Shown: positions 21,174-31,424 of the stretch, piece by piece
Layout: each line of letters starts with the position of its first letter
Numbering within the stretch: the first letter of the stretch is position 1
Source of the DNA: an uncultured Planctomycetaceae bacterium
Lineage (GTDB): Bacteria > Planctomycetota > Planctomycetia > Planctomycetales > Planctomycetaceae
DNA length: 64,000 nucleotides
Reading direction: 5' to 3'
Assembly (NCBI GenBank): GCA_963815195.1
Contig: CAWFGE010000018.1
Span: forward strand, 192,001 to 256,000
Position numbers and translations under genes: made by a program
Notes under the pieces: generated by a model
Seen by the model: only the letters and a program-made list of their open reading frames with translations
What the model was told of the DNA's origin: nothing
Database searches by the model: none

Positions 21174-23711
21174 ATGAAGAAGATTTTTCTTTTCGTAGAG
21201 TCCGCTGTGCGGACCATCTCGTGGACTCGCGGTTTCGGTCCGCAAAGCGGAGCCTACGGATTATTCCTCATGGCTCTGTTGATCTGCTCCGGATCGCTGC
21301 GGGCTGAGGAGGGCTCCTTTCAAACCACCGTCAAACCGTTTCTCAATACCTATTGCACCAAATGCCACGGGGCGAAGCTTCAGAAGGGGGAACGGCGATT
21401 TGATCAGTTGGCCACGGTAATCGACGGCGACAGCACGCTGGTCGATTATCAGGACATCCTCGATCAACTCAACCTCGGCAACATGCCGCCCCAAAAACAA
21501 AAGCAGCCGACGGATGCCGAGCGGCGAAAAGTCACCCTTTGGCTGACGCGCACGCTGGACACCTATCATCAATCGAAAAAGAGCACCGGCGGGGACGTGG
21601 TGCTCCGGCGGCTGAACTCGCGGGAATACCGGAACACGATCCGCGATCTGCTCCATCTCAACATGACGATGTTCGATCCCACGGTCGATTTCCCCCGCGA
21701 CCAGACAACCGAGCATCTCGACAACGTCGGCGGCACGCTCGTCACGTCCGGGCATTTGCTGGGGCGTTACCTGTCGGCGGCGGATCGGATCGTTCAGAAA
21801 GCGATCTTCCCGCTGGAAAAACCCACCGTCCAGACCTGGGCGTTTCGCGATGGATTTCGCCAGCAGCCGGAGATCGACCAGGTCTATCGCAAGACGAACA
21901 AGTTCGCCTGGATGACTCTGCTCGATGTCGTCGGGGCCGACAAACACGAAGGGGCCTACGGACCGATTCACGCCTTCGCCGACGGCGTGCCTTACGATGG
22001 CTATTACGAAATTCGCTTGAAGGCCGAGGCGGTCAATCGGATCAATCCTTACGATCCCGAATTCCTGGGCCTCGATCCCAAGGAACCCTTGCGGCTCGGA
22101 ATTGTGGCGGGGAATCGGCTCGCCGGCCCATTGCACAAGCCGCAGCCGATGGAGCCGCTCTTGGCGGAACTCGATCTGGCGGATGAGCAGAAATGGTACA
22201 CGGTCCGCGTGTGGCTGGACGCCGGCTTCACGCCGCGGTTCACGTTCCGCAATGGGCTGATGGATGTGCGAAATCTCTACGCCCGCCTGATCAACCGGTA
22301 CAAAGACCAGTTCCCCCAGCGCAAACGGCCCGGGATTGTGGAGAACCGGTTCAATGCCCTGACTTATGGAAAGCTGCCGCAGATTTGCATTCACGAAATC
22401 GAAATCACCGGACCCATCTACGAAGGCTGGCCGCGAAACAGCCAGCGGGCGGTGCTGGGGGACGACTTCGAAACCGTCCTTAAAACGGGAAATCTGAACG
22501 AAGCGGCCATGCGAAAACACCTGACGGCGTTCGCTTCGCGGGCCTACCGCCGGCCGGTTAAGGGAGAGGAAATCGACCGCATCCTCCAGGTCATCGCGGT
22601 CCGTAAAACGGCCGGCAAGCCGGATTTGGAAGCCTATGCCGACGGTTTGAAAACGGTGCTGTGTTCGCCGAACTTTTTGTATCTGGACGAGCCGGCTGGT
22701 GAAACGCTTTCGTCCCACGCCTTGGCGTCGAGGCTCTCGTATTTTCTGTGGTCGTCGATGCCGGATGCGGAACTCCTTAAGCTCGCCGATGACGACAAAC
22801 TTGAGGATCCGAACATTCTCAAAGCCCAGGCCGAGCGAATGCTCGACGATCCGAAGTCCGAAGCTTTTGTGGAGGGCTTTCTCGATAGTTGGTTAACGCT
22901 TCGCGATCTAGGTTCGATGCCGCCGGACCGCGGGAAATTCGCGGAGTTCTATCATTATGATTTAGACTCTGCGATGCGCGAGGAGACGCGGATGTTTACC
23001 CGGCATCTCATCAACGAGAACCTGAGCATCGTCAATTTTTTGGATGCGGATTTCACCTTTGTCAACAAGCCGCTGGCGAGGATGTACGGTCTCAAACCGC
23101 CGGCAGAGAAAGGCTTTCAGAAGGTGAGTTTGCCCGGCGGTCGGCGGGGCGGATTGTTGGGGCAGGCGAGCGTGCTGACGGTGACGGCGAACGGGATCGA
23201 CACGTCGCCCGTGGTGCGCGGAGTGTGGCTTTTGGAGAACATTTTGGGCACACCGCCCAATCCGCCGCCCCCGGATGTCAAGCCTTTGGACCCGGACATC
23301 CGCGGAGCGAAGACGATTCGCGAGCAACTCAAGAAGCACCGCGAAAACCCCAGTTGCTACGACTGCCACCGCAGCATCGATCCCTTGGGGTTTGCTTTGG
23401 AAAACTTCGATCCCATCGGCAACTGGCGGGAAACCTACGGCCGAAGCACAAAAATCGATGCCTCCGGGGAACTGCCCAATGGGAAAACTTTCGAGGACGT
23501 TTCGGGCCTTAAGAAAGTCCTCGTCGCACAACAGGACCAGTTCGCGGCCGCTTTGACCGCAAAACTTTTGGCCTATGCGATGGGCCGGCCCACCGAACCC
23601 GCCGACCGCCCGCGGATCAATCGCATCGTCAAGGAACTCAACCAGCGGGGCGACGGATTTCGCGATCTGATCGAACGAGTCGTCCTCAGCAAACCGTTCC
23701 GCACGAAGTAA
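21174..23711 (+). CDS. Planctomycete cytochrome c / DUF1587-DUF1592-DUF1588-DUF1585 protein
   Basis: CTKCHG, RRLNSREYRNTIRDLL, LASRLSYFLWSSMPD, TSPVVRGVW, CYDCHRSIDPLGFALENFD; true start may be later. Confidence 0.9.
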   Translation: MKKIFLFVESAVRTISWTRGFGPQSGAYGLFLMALLICSGSLRAEEGSFQTTVKPFLNTYCTKCHGAKLQKGERRFDQLATVIDGDSTLVDYQDILDQLNLGNMPPQKQKQPTDAERRKVTLWLTRTLDTYHQSKKSTGGDVVLRRLNSREYRNTIRDLLHLNMTMFDPTVDFPRDQTTEHLDNVGGTLVTSGHLLGRYLSAADRIVQKAIFPLEKPTVQTWAFRDGFRQQPEIDQVYRKTNKFAWMTLLDVVGADKHEGAYGPIHAFADGVPYDGYYEIRLKAEAVNRINPYDPEFLGLDPKEPLRLGIVAGNRLAGPLHKPQPMEPLLAELDLADEQKWYTVRVWLDAGFTPRFTFRNGLMDVRNLYARLINRYKDQFPQRKRPGIVENRFNALTYGKLPQICIHEIEITGPIYEGWPRNSQRAVLGDDFETVLKTGNLNEAAMRKHLTAFASRAYRRPVKGEEIDRILQVIAVRKTAGKPDLEAYADGLKTVLCSPNFLYLDEPAGETLSSHALASRLSYFLWSSMPDAELLKLADDDKLEDPNILKAQAERMLDDPKSEAFVEGFLDSWLTLRDLGSMPPDRGKFAEFYHYDLDSAMREETRMFTRHLINENLSIVNFLDADFTFVNKPLARMYGLKPPAEKGFQKVSLPGGRRGGLLGQASVLTVTANGIDTSPVVRGVWLLENILGTPPNPPPPDVKPLDPDIRGAKTIREQLKKHRENPSCYDCHRSIDPLGFALENFDPIGNWRETYGRSTKIDASGELPNGKTFEDVSGLKKVLVAQQDQFAAALTAKLLAYAMGRPTEPADRPRINRIVKELNQRGDGFRDLIERVVLSKPFRTK

Positions 23712-23736
23712 TGCCGGTTGTTGATCGGAAAACTGG

Positions 23737-24783
23737 TTACCGGTTACCAGCGGTGCCCCGATCCTGTTTCCGCGTGGTTTGGGTCGACTCGCCTCCAAAC
23801 GAGGGATGTTGAAACGGCGAAGGCGGGATGCTTACGGTTTGGTCCTTCGCATAAACCTCGGACGCGATGAGGGCCGGCTCGTTGTTGATGCGTCCGGGAT
23901 GCCCGAGGACGCGGACTTCGTCGCCCTTCTTGAGGTTCAGGCTGTCGAGCTTGGAACCCGGTCCGAGGTTGATGATTTTGGTGTTCCCGTTGACGAGTTC
24001 GACGTGGGCGACCAGGAACTCGCCTTCCCGGCCGCGGAAGCGCCGGCGGTCCACTCGTTCGATCGTGCCCCGCACCCGGTGCAGATTTTGAGATTCGGGA
24101 GGCGTCACATCGACCGTTTTGCCTTCGGCGCTGACCTTGTGGGCGAACAACACCGGCCGGTTATTCAGGCGATGCTGCTCGCCTTCGACCGTCACGATGT
24201 TGCCTTTTGTGAGATCCAGTTCCTTGAGATCTTTCCGCGTTCCCAACACCACCGGCACAGTTTTGTCGCGTTCCGTGTGCATCCGGGCCATCACGAACTT
24301 GTCGCCGTCGTGTCCGAACAAGGTGAATTCCTTTTGATCTTCAATCCGGCCCTGGATTTCCACCATCTGGTCTTTCCGCCGCGGCTCGAAAATGTTCTCC
24401 CGGCTGCCCTGGCGGCGGCCGCTTTGTTCCCGGGCCTGCATCAGGTCGAGATAATAGATCGTTTCCTTGCTGTCGATCCGCCCGTCGCGGTCATAGTCGG
24501 CATAAATCGTCACCCAGCCGCCGGGGGCGATTACGATCGGCCGCTGCTTGCCGTTCTGCTCTTGCGAAGCTTGGCCGAGGTCCTCCTCAATTTGTTCCCG
24601 GGCCGTTTGCAGACGATCCTGCTGTTGAGTCTTTTGTTTATTCTGCGTCGCTTGCTGGTTTGGCGCTCGGTTGGCGTTGTTGTCATTCTGTGGAGCGTTT
24701 ACGTTCTCTTGCGAATAAGCCGGAGCGGCGATCAGCGCGATCGCCAATCCGGTCATTATGTTGGTTAGTCGCATGTGCTTCAT
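23737..24783 (-). CDS. Secreted protein with a DxDxDG motif and two OB-fold-like repeats
   Basis: Signal peptide; DYDRDGRID; repeats LG..LDLTKGNIVTVEG..LNNRPVLFA and LG..LNLKKGDEVRVLG..INNEPALIA. Confidence 0.7.
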   Translation of the reverse strand: MKHMRLTNIMTGLAIALIAAPAYSQENVNAPQNDNNANRAPNQQATQNKQKTQQQDRLQTAREQIEEDLGQASQEQNGKQRPIVIAPGGWVTIYADYDRDGRIDSKETIYYLDLMQAREQSGRRQGSRENIFEPRRKDQMVEIQGRIEDQKEFTLFGHDGDKFVMARMHTERDKTVPVVLGTRKDLKELDLTKGNIVTVEGEQHRLNNRPVLFAHKVSAEGKTVDVTPPESQNLHRVRGTIERVDRRRFRGREGEFLVAHVELVNGNTKIINLGPGSKLDSLNLKKGDEVRVLGHPGRINNEPALIASEVYAKDQTVSIPPSPFQHPSFGGESTQTTRKQDRGTAGNR

Positions 24784-24924
24784 GGACTCATCTCCCTCTT
24801 ATAGTTCAACCTGGTCAAGTCTTGATCGATCCTAGTTCGATTTGATTTGCGAAGAACCGGGGCTAGCGCCCTGCGGCCAATTCTTTCGGCCCCTCGTTTT
24901 TGGTCTGACGCAGCCCTCGATAAA

Positions 24925-25470
24925 TTAATGCCACTTTTCAACCCCGCCGGTCGTTTGATACCAGTCTTTGGTATAGTGGGACGGCGGCTCCTTGGGGTAG
25001 GGGACGGGATTGGCATTGCGGCGATTGACGGTGTTATAGCCGTTGTGGTTTTCATAATAGTAGTTGTCATACCCGTAGGGCTCCTCATACAGCGTGCGAG
25101 CCCCGTCGTAACGCGGGTAGGGTCCGTAAAACCGCGCTCCTCCATATTCGTTCGGCGCGAGTGCCGGCCCAAACGACGTGTAGTCTCCGTGGGAATAGTA
25201 GGAAGGGTAGTGGTTTCGGATATACGTCCCATAGAACTTCGGATAATAGTGGCCCGTGTAGGGGTCGTAAGCCGTATCGGTATAGGCGCCGACGCCTTCG
25301 AACTTGTCGAAGTAGAAATCGTCATAGTCATTGTAGTAGGGGGCCGTGCCGTACCATTCGGTTTCATCGTAAACCCGGGCCTGGCCGGGACCCGCCATTG
25401 CAGTCAACAAGAGAGGAATGGCGAGTGCCGGGAGGGTCCATGCGGCAACAGCGTAGATTGGGCGTTTCAT
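24925..25470 (-). CDS. Secreted tyrosine-rich low-complexity protein
   Basis: GGAGG RBS, signal peptide, 32 Tyr in 181 aa (manual count). Confidence 0.75.
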   Translation of the reverse strand: MKRPIYAVAAWTLPALAIPLLLTAMAGPGQARVYDETEWYGTAPYYNDYDDFYFDKFEGVGAYTDTAYDPYTGHYYPKFYGTYIRNHYPSYYSHGDYTSFGPALAPNEYGGARFYGPYPRYDGARTLYEEPYGYDNYYYENHNGYNTVNRRNANPVPYPKEPPSHYTKDWYQTTGGVEKWH

Positions 25471-25778
25471 AATAACCTCCGTTTGGATTGTTAAAGACAG
25501 TATTTGGTGGCGAGCCTGTCGAGAATCTGCTCAAGCACCAGCGCGGGGCTTGAACATCTTCGTACTCGCTCGCAGCGTGTCGAGGCCCGCGGATTAGGAG
25601 CACTTTAGAACGTGTCCCCATTCCCCTGGATGAATTGTACTCAACAGGGAAGCCTTCCCTATCCGAATCCCGCCGGATCGATCGCTGGGTCATCTCACCA
25701 ACCGAAAACGGGGTGCGTTCCTACCTCGCCTGGGTTGGAGTCGGTTTTTTTCCCACGCGTCGAATTGGGCACGTCGTT

Positions 25779-27248
25779 TTAATCTCGCAGGACGGTCTTG
25801 AGTGCCGCGCGGGCGGCGTGGTAGCCGCACATGCCGTGCACGCCGCCGCCCGGGGGCGTGGAGGACGAGCAAATAAACAGCCGGGGATTGGGCGTCGCGT
25901 AGGGATTCCATAAACCCGCCGGGCGGGTGAAGAGTTGGCCGAGATCCATCACGCCGCCCGTGATGTCCCCGCCGATGTAGTTGGCGTTGTAGGCCTGGAA
26001 GTCGCCGGGGGCCATGACGTGGCGGGCGAGAATCCGCTCGCGAAAGCCGGGGGCAAAGCGTTCGATTTGGCGTTCGATGCGGTCCGTCATATCGACCGTG
26101 GAACCCGGCGGGACGTGGCAGTAGGCCCACCCCGTATGCCGGCCGGCGGGAGCGCGGGTGTCGTCGAACAAACTCTGCTGGGCGACGAGCAAAAACGGCC
26201 GCTCGGCCACGCGGTTTTCCCACGCCGCCCGCTCCGCGTCCGCAACGTCGGCGAGCGGGCCGCCCACGTGCACCGTGGAGGCCTTTAAACATTCCAGGGC
26301 TTTCCAGGGAATCGGGCCGTCCAACGCCCAATCGACTTTGAACACCCCCGGTCCGTAGCGGAATTTGTTCAACTTCTTGCGGTAGGATTCGGGCAGTTCA
26401 CTCCCGGCGATCTCGGAAATCTGACGAGGCGTGAGATCGAAGAGCACTATCCGCGAGTCGGGCACATCGCTTAAATGAGCAACCGGCGAAGACACCACAA
26501 TCTCTCCGCCCAAATGGATGAGGTATTTCGCCATCGCGGTCGTGATGGACTGCGAACCGCCCTTGGCGACCGGCCAGCCCACGGCATGCGCGGTGAGGCC
26601 GAGCATTAACGCCACCGCCGCGGTGAAGCTTTTTTCCAAAGGCAGCACCGAATGGGCCGCCATGCCCGCGAACAATCCCTTGGCGTGTTCGCCGCGAAAC
26701 CAGCGGTTCGCCAGTCCCGAGGCCGACTGCATCGCCCGCAGGCCGAAGCGCATCATCAACAGCGGATGCCGGGGCGGCCGAAACGGGCCTAATGTTTCCG
26801 CCAACAAGGCCTCGGCATGTTCGACCAACGGCCGGAAGAGTTTGCCGTACCGCGGGCCGTCTTCCCCCAAGCGTTCCACGGTCTCGTCGAGCGAACGATA
26901 GGCCACGGCGGCGGTGCCGTCGTCAAACGGCTGAGCCAGGGACGCCGGCGGATCGCACCATTCCAGGCCCCACTCCGCAAGCGGCAGCGAACGAAAGAAC
27001 GGCGAAGACACCGCCAGCGGATGCACCGCCGAGCACACATCGTGAAAGAAACCGGGTTCGGTCAATTCCGCCGTCCGCGTGCCCCCGCCGATGGTGTCTT
27101 TGGCTTCCAGCACGAGCACCGATCGCCCGGCTTTCGCCAATACGGTCGCAGCGGCGAGTCCATTGGGACCGGAACCGACCACGACGGCATCGTAATCGTT
27201 CCGCCGAGGCGCCTTAGCCCATTCCAAACTGGACGCAGAGGTTGTCAC
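25779..27248 (-). CDS. FAD-dependent oxidoreductase, phytoene-desaturase-like family
   Basis: DAVVVGSGPNGLAAA, HDVCSAVHP, WAYCHVP, CSSSTPPGGGVHGMCG; start approximate. Confidence 0.9.
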   Translation of the reverse strand: MTTSASSLEWAKAPRRNDYDAVVVGSGPNGLAAATVLAKAGRSVLVLEAKDTIGGGTRTAELTEPGFFHDVCSAVHPLAVSSPFFRSLPLAEWGLEWCDPPASLAQPFDDGTAAVAYRSLDETVERLGEDGPRYGKLFRPLVEHAEALLAETLGPFRPPRHPLLMMRFGLRAMQSASGLANRWFRGEHAKGLFAGMAAHSVLPLEKSFTAAVALMLGLTAHAVGWPVAKGGSQSITTAMAKYLIHLGGEIVVSSPVAHLSDVPDSRIVLFDLTPRQISEIAGSELPESYRKKLNKFRYGPGVFKVDWALDGPIPWKALECLKASTVHVGGPLADVADAERAAWENRVAERPFLLVAQQSLFDDTRAPAGRHTGWAYCHVPPGSTVDMTDRIERQIERFAPGFRERILARHVMAPGDFQAYNANYIGGDITGGVMDLGQLFTRPAGLWNPYATPNPRLFICSSSTPPGGGVHGMCGYHAARAALKTVLRD

Positions 27249-27485
27249 CGGTTGTTCCTTTCCAACCCAAAGACGAATAACGCTTGATGATTGTTGATAT
27301 TCAAAGGACAAAGTGAAAGACAGATCCAAATAGTTTTGGGTTTTTGGGGAGCCGATGTCCGCGTCCCGATGTCCCCATCTTCCGTTTTGGGTTTCGAGAT
27401 TCGGATCGGGGTTTGTATCATCGGGGGAGTGACCGCATGGCTGGGACACGTTTCACTAAGATTTTGTCGATTCCGAGAAAACTGC

Positions 27486-28547
27486 ATGATTCGCCGCGAT
27501 GGGGATGTGGGTTGGATTCTGATTTCGCAGGTAGATCACGCGCATCTGGCGGCGGAGATGGCGGCCGTGTGGGGGAGCGGACGCACCCCCGGCTTGCCGG
27601 AGCCTGAGTTGCTTTTACCCGCCATTCGCGATCACGACGAAGGTTGGCGGGAATGGGAACGCCTGCCGGACATCGACCCCGAAACGCATTTCCCGCGAAA
27701 CTTCACCGAAATGCCCGCCGCCGATGCCACGCGGATTTGGACGCGGAGCATCGAAACCTGCCGGCGGGGCCGGCAGTCGATCGTGGCTTCGGTCGATGAG
27801 TTCAGGCGGTTTTTGGCGCTGGCGGGCAAACGGCTGTCGCACGAGCGGGCGATCGTGGCCGAGGAAGTCTTTTCCAGCCGGGAAGCGTTTTCCACGGACG
27901 ATCTCATCGAACGTTTGCCCCAGCGGGACGATGGCCGGCGGGTGTCGCGGTCCTCAGTGTACCGCACGCTGGCCTTGATGGAAGAAGCCCGGCTCTTGCG
28001 GAAAGTCTCGATGGGAACCTACCGCGACGCTTACGAGCAAACCCGCCAGATCGGGGCCGGCTCCGCCTTGGGGGGGATTTGGGTCAGCAAGCATTTTGCG
28101 TTCCTGGCCGAGCGGGGCCTGAAACATCATCCGCCCGGAACGGCGGACCATCAGGCGTTCCTGGAGTTTTTGGAGCAAGAACGCCGGCACCAAAAACAGT
28201 GGGGGGCGGAAGTCGCGCGGGATCGCGGAATCGCCGAGGCGGAGGGGCTGATCGAAGCGGGCTTTCGCTGGGTGCAGTTGTTCGACGTCTTCAGCCTCTG
28301 GCTTTGTTGCCGGGAGCGCAGGGAGACCGAAGCCTTCGAACTGCCCGGAGGCGGAACGGTGCATTTCACGCCGCTAAAGTCCGGCGAGTTCGCCGTCGAG
28401 CCGTTTCCCTTCAGCGTGAATGAGTTGAAGCTGGAAGTTTTTGCGAAGCGGGTGGGCAAAAAAGAGTTCCCCAACCGCGAGGCGTTTCAGTCCGCCTTCG
28501 ATCAAGCGGCCCGCGAAAGGCTGAACTGGAAACTCGTGCCCTGGTGA
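27486..28547 (+). CDS. DUF3891 family protein with an inserted Fur-type winged-helix domain
   Basis: LISQVDHAHLA, HDEGW, NFTEMP..WTRSI; insert with VSRSSVYRTLALMEEARLLRKV; resumes VSKHF..DVFSLWLC. Confidence 0.8.
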   Translation: MIRRDGDVGWILISQVDHAHLAAEMAAVWGSGRTPGLPEPELLLPAIRDHDEGWREWERLPDIDPETHFPRNFTEMPAADATRIWTRSIETCRRGRQSIVASVDEFRRFLALAGKRLSHERAIVAEEVFSSREAFSTDDLIERLPQRDDGRRVSRSSVYRTLALMEEARLLRKVSMGTYRDAYEQTRQIGAGSALGGIWVSKHFAFLAERGLKHHPPGTADHQAFLEFLEQERRHQKQWGAEVARDRGIAEAEGLIEAGFRWVQLFDVFSLWLCCRERRETEAFELPGGGTVHFTPLKSGEFAVEPFPFSVNELKLEVFAKRVGKKEFPNREAFQSAFDQAARERLNWKLVPW

Positions 28548-28568
28548 CAGACTGATGAATCCTTCGCG

Positions 28569-29195
28569 TTAATGCTCGTGGACCGAGGCGCGGAAGTGCG
28601 TGTTTTGCACGGGGATCAGGACGTCCAGGATCTGCCGGAGCACTTCGGCGGGAGACTGCATGGCGTCCACCTCGAAGATCATCTCCGCGGGGTAATATTC
28701 GAGCACGGGCTTGGATTGCTCGTGGTACACCGCAAACCGCCGGCGAATGATGTGCTCGTTGGCGTCATCCACGCGGTTCTCGCGGATGGCCCGCCGTTTG
28801 ATGCGGTGGATCATCTGCTCCTCGTCGCTGCAAATCAATCGAACCACCCGCAGCACGTGCACGTCGGCTTCCAGGAGATCCGCCTGGCGGCTGTTGCGGG
28901 GAATGCCGTCGAGCACCAGCAAATCTTCGTAAGGCTTATACGCGGTGACGCCGATCTGCCCTTGGAGGCCTTTTTTCCAGATGGTCATGGTGACTTCATC
29001 GGGAACAAGCCGGCCCTGGGAGATGTAGCGATAAACTTCTTTGCCTTCGGGCGAGCCGATTTCGAGCGAGCGAAACACATCCCCGCTGGAGAGATGAAAG
29101 AAGCCGGGGATATTTCCCAGGATCCGGCCCTGGGTTCCCTTGCCGACGCCGGGCGGTCCGAACAAGAGGACCGCGGAATGTTTTTTTTCCGCCAT
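28569..29195 (-). CDS. adk: Adenylate kinase family protein
   Basis: GPPGVGKGTQ, HLSSGDVFR, LDGIPR, RVDD..IRRRF. Confidence 0.85.
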   Translation of the reverse strand: MAEKKHSAVLLFGPPGVGKGTQGRILGNIPGFFHLSSGDVFRSLEIGSPEGKEVYRYISQGRLVPDEVTMTIWKKGLQGQIGVTAYKPYEDLLVLDGIPRNSRQADLLEADVHVLRVVRLICSDEEQMIHRIKRRAIRENRVDDANEHIIRRRFAVYHEQSKPVLEYYPAEMIFEVDAMQSPAEVLRQILDVLIPVQNTHFRASVHEH

Positions 29196-29333
29196 GTTTT
29201 GCCTTCACCTGAGAATGAGGCGAGATCTCGGTCTCCCGCGGAGGGAGCGACAGCCAAACCGACCATTTTAACCAGTGCCCCCAGGCCTCTCAACAGCCAG
29301 CGTTTTCCGATTTCAGTGGTTCCGAAAAAGCCT

Positions 29334-29403
29334 GAGCCGCGCACGAAGTCAGCGGTCTTGCGTTGTCTGGATCTCTGAAAACCGCTGACTTCGTGCGCGG
29401 CTC
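29334..29403. repeat. REP-like doublet, family A
   Basis: Perfect 22-bp inverted arms; flanks resemble the reverse complement of 3907-4016. Confidence 0.85.
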
Positions 29404-29509
29404 TTGAAAACCAAACCAATTTCTTGAGCTTTTTGGAACGACTGAATTTTTTTGCGGTGTCGATCGGCCAATGGGTGCTTGGGTGGGGGGACTTCGCCGC
29501 GAAGCGGGT

Positions 29510-30916
29510 TCACATGTTAGTTTTCGCATCCGCCACGTCGCCCAGGACGCTGCTGAGCGCCGCATTCAGGAAGGCATCGTTCTCGTGGGTTTTCGAATAG
29601 ATCCGGAAGATCGAAAAACTCGTGGGCAAGGAGCGGAAGAGTTCATCGTCGGACAGAACTTGCGGCGTGCCGGTGGTCGGGTCGAGCACGAAGTTCTGTC
29701 CGCCGGCGGGGAGTTGCGAACTCGGCCGATGATAATGCCGGGCCACGTCGATGCCCAGCGGAATCTCCTTGAGATCCACCGGCAAAAGCCGGCGAACCCG
29801 CCGCTCGATCAGTTCCGGTTCGGAGAAGATCGTGGTCCGCTCCGATGCCCCGGCCCGAAAATAGACGGTGCGCTCGCAGGCCATCTTCCAGGAGATTTTC
29901 CGCGCCAAAATATCCTGCCATTCTTCGCCCAAAGCCCGGCGTTTGGGATCGTCGCTGAGCGAGAGCCGTTGCACATCGACGAGGAACGACGACTCGGTGA
30001 ACCGCCGGTAATCGTCCAAATGCTCAAGCGGATTCCCGGGGAACAGGTATTCCATCGTCTGCGGGAAAAGCTCTTCGAGGGCCAAATCCAGGGCGCGCAC
30101 CGTGCGGTGAAAATAAATGATGCGGAACAAATTCGCCCGCGTCTCGATGAAGTTGACCAGCGCCGAGAGCCCGCGAACGTGGATCGTCAATCCCGCCGGT
30201 GTGAAGAAACTATAATGCAGCAGCCTTGAGACATCGAAGGCCTTGGTGTTGTAGCCGGACATGTACGCGTCCCGCAGCACGAAGTCCATGTTGTCCACGG
30301 TATAGATCCCGCTGAAGAGCGCCCGCAGCTTGATGAGCCAATCGGGATGGCCGGCTTCGGTGTCGGCTCCGGGTGGCGGGCGGCGGATGAGCCACGCGAT
30401 TTGGCGCGGCTCCAATTCTTCGAGCGGCTTCATCTTGCCGAAGGGGCAGCGGCGAATCCTGCGGAGCAAGTCGCCCAGCTCGTGCTCGACGATATGGGCT
30501 CCGATGTCCTCGTGGGTGATGTTCCACCGGCTGAGGTAATGGTCGTCGAAGAAGTGCCCGAACGGGCCGTGCCCCACATCATGGAGCAACGCCGCCATCC
30601 GCACCAGGCATTCGACATAAGCCCGCGACGGCACGTTCAAGCAGGCGTCCGTCAGCGAATCGTACCAGCTTTCGACGACCCGCGAGCCGAGGTGCATCGC
30701 CCCCAACACGTGCTGAAACCGCATATGCTCCGCCGACGGAAACACCCACCACGCGGTCTGCAGTTGATGGATATGCCGGAGCCGTTGCACCCAGGGATGA
30801 TCGAGAATCTCCCCCTCGGCGGCTTCCTCGTCCGGCAAGTCGCCCGCGGAGATAAAGGGAATATACCCGTGAATGGGGTCGTGCGATAAACTTTCCGTGG
30901 TAAAATCGCGAACCAT
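29510..30916 (-). CDS. HD-domain phosphohydrolase (dNTP triphosphohydrolase/SAMHD1-like)
   Basis: DPIHGYI, QRLRHIHQL, HMRFQHVLG, LLHDVGHGPFGH, DNMDFVLRD, YFHRTVR. Confidence 0.9.
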   Translation of the reverse strand: MVRDFTTESLSHDPIHGYIPFISAGDLPDEEAAEGEILDHPWVQRLRHIHQLQTAWWVFPSAEHMRFQHVLGAMHLGSRVVESWYDSLTDACLNVPSRAYVECLVRMAALLHDVGHGPFGHFFDDHYLSRWNITHEDIGAHIVEHELGDLLRRIRRCPFGKMKPLEELEPRQIAWLIRRPPPGADTEAGHPDWLIKLRALFSGIYTVDNMDFVLRDAYMSGYNTKAFDVSRLLHYSFFTPAGLTIHVRGLSALVNFIETRANLFRIIYFHRTVRALDLALEELFPQTMEYLFPGNPLEHLDDYRRFTESSFLVDVQRLSLSDDPKRRALGEEWQDILARKISWKMACERTVYFRAGASERTTIFSEPELIERRVRRLLPVDLKEIPLGIDVARHYHRPSSQLPAGGQNFVLDPTTGTPQVLSDDELFRSLPTSFSIFRIYSKTHENDAFLNAALSSVLGDVADAKTNM

Positions 30917-31025
30917 GAAAACGCTCCTGAGATGCCCGGCGAGATTTCGCCTCCATTTCAGGTATCCTAGCGGTCAGCCGGTTGGCGGACAATTGCACTG
31001 GCTCATGCAGACATTCTTCGGAGCG

Positions 31026-31223
31026 AAGCGCAAGCGAGGGAATCACTTATTCCCTCGCTTGCGCTTTTTGAAGTTGCGGTTTTCCGGAGTCGCGAAGTCG
31101 CGAAGCGACGGAAGCATATAGCCGTTGGCGTCAGCTCACGGAAACAGGACCAAAAGGAATCGAGAGCCGCGAAGCGGCGGCAGCACAATTTGTTCCAACG
31201 CTTGTTGTCGCCGCTTCGCGGCT
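31026..31223. repeat. Two REP-like hairpins (31026-31066 and 31165-31223)
   Basis: aagcgcaagcgagggaat / attccctcgcttgcgctt; agccgcgaagcggcg / cgccgcttcgcggct. Confidence 0.7.
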
Positions 31224-31424
31224 GCCGAGGCGCAACTTAAAATCTTGCGCTTCGGGCTCATGTTTTTTCTCCGAATTCTTTTGGTTCTTCAAAACTGTCC
31301 CACGACCGCATTCCTGTCTGTGCCGCCTTTTGCCCTTGAAAGTTTTTGGTGAGGATTGCAGCCGGCGCGGGCACAAACGACAATTCCGTTATCTTCTCCC
31401 CAACTCCACAAGCGTGAGTATTCC

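Noticed and set aside
25779..27248. Carotenoid or hopanoid cluster linking this oxidoreductase to hpnH
   Set aside because: The genes are 18 kb apart with no other crt/hpn genes, and this family is widespread with unclear substrate
29510..30916. Anti-phage dNTPase
   Set aside because: Host-like composition and a housekeeping context next to adk; no defence neighbours
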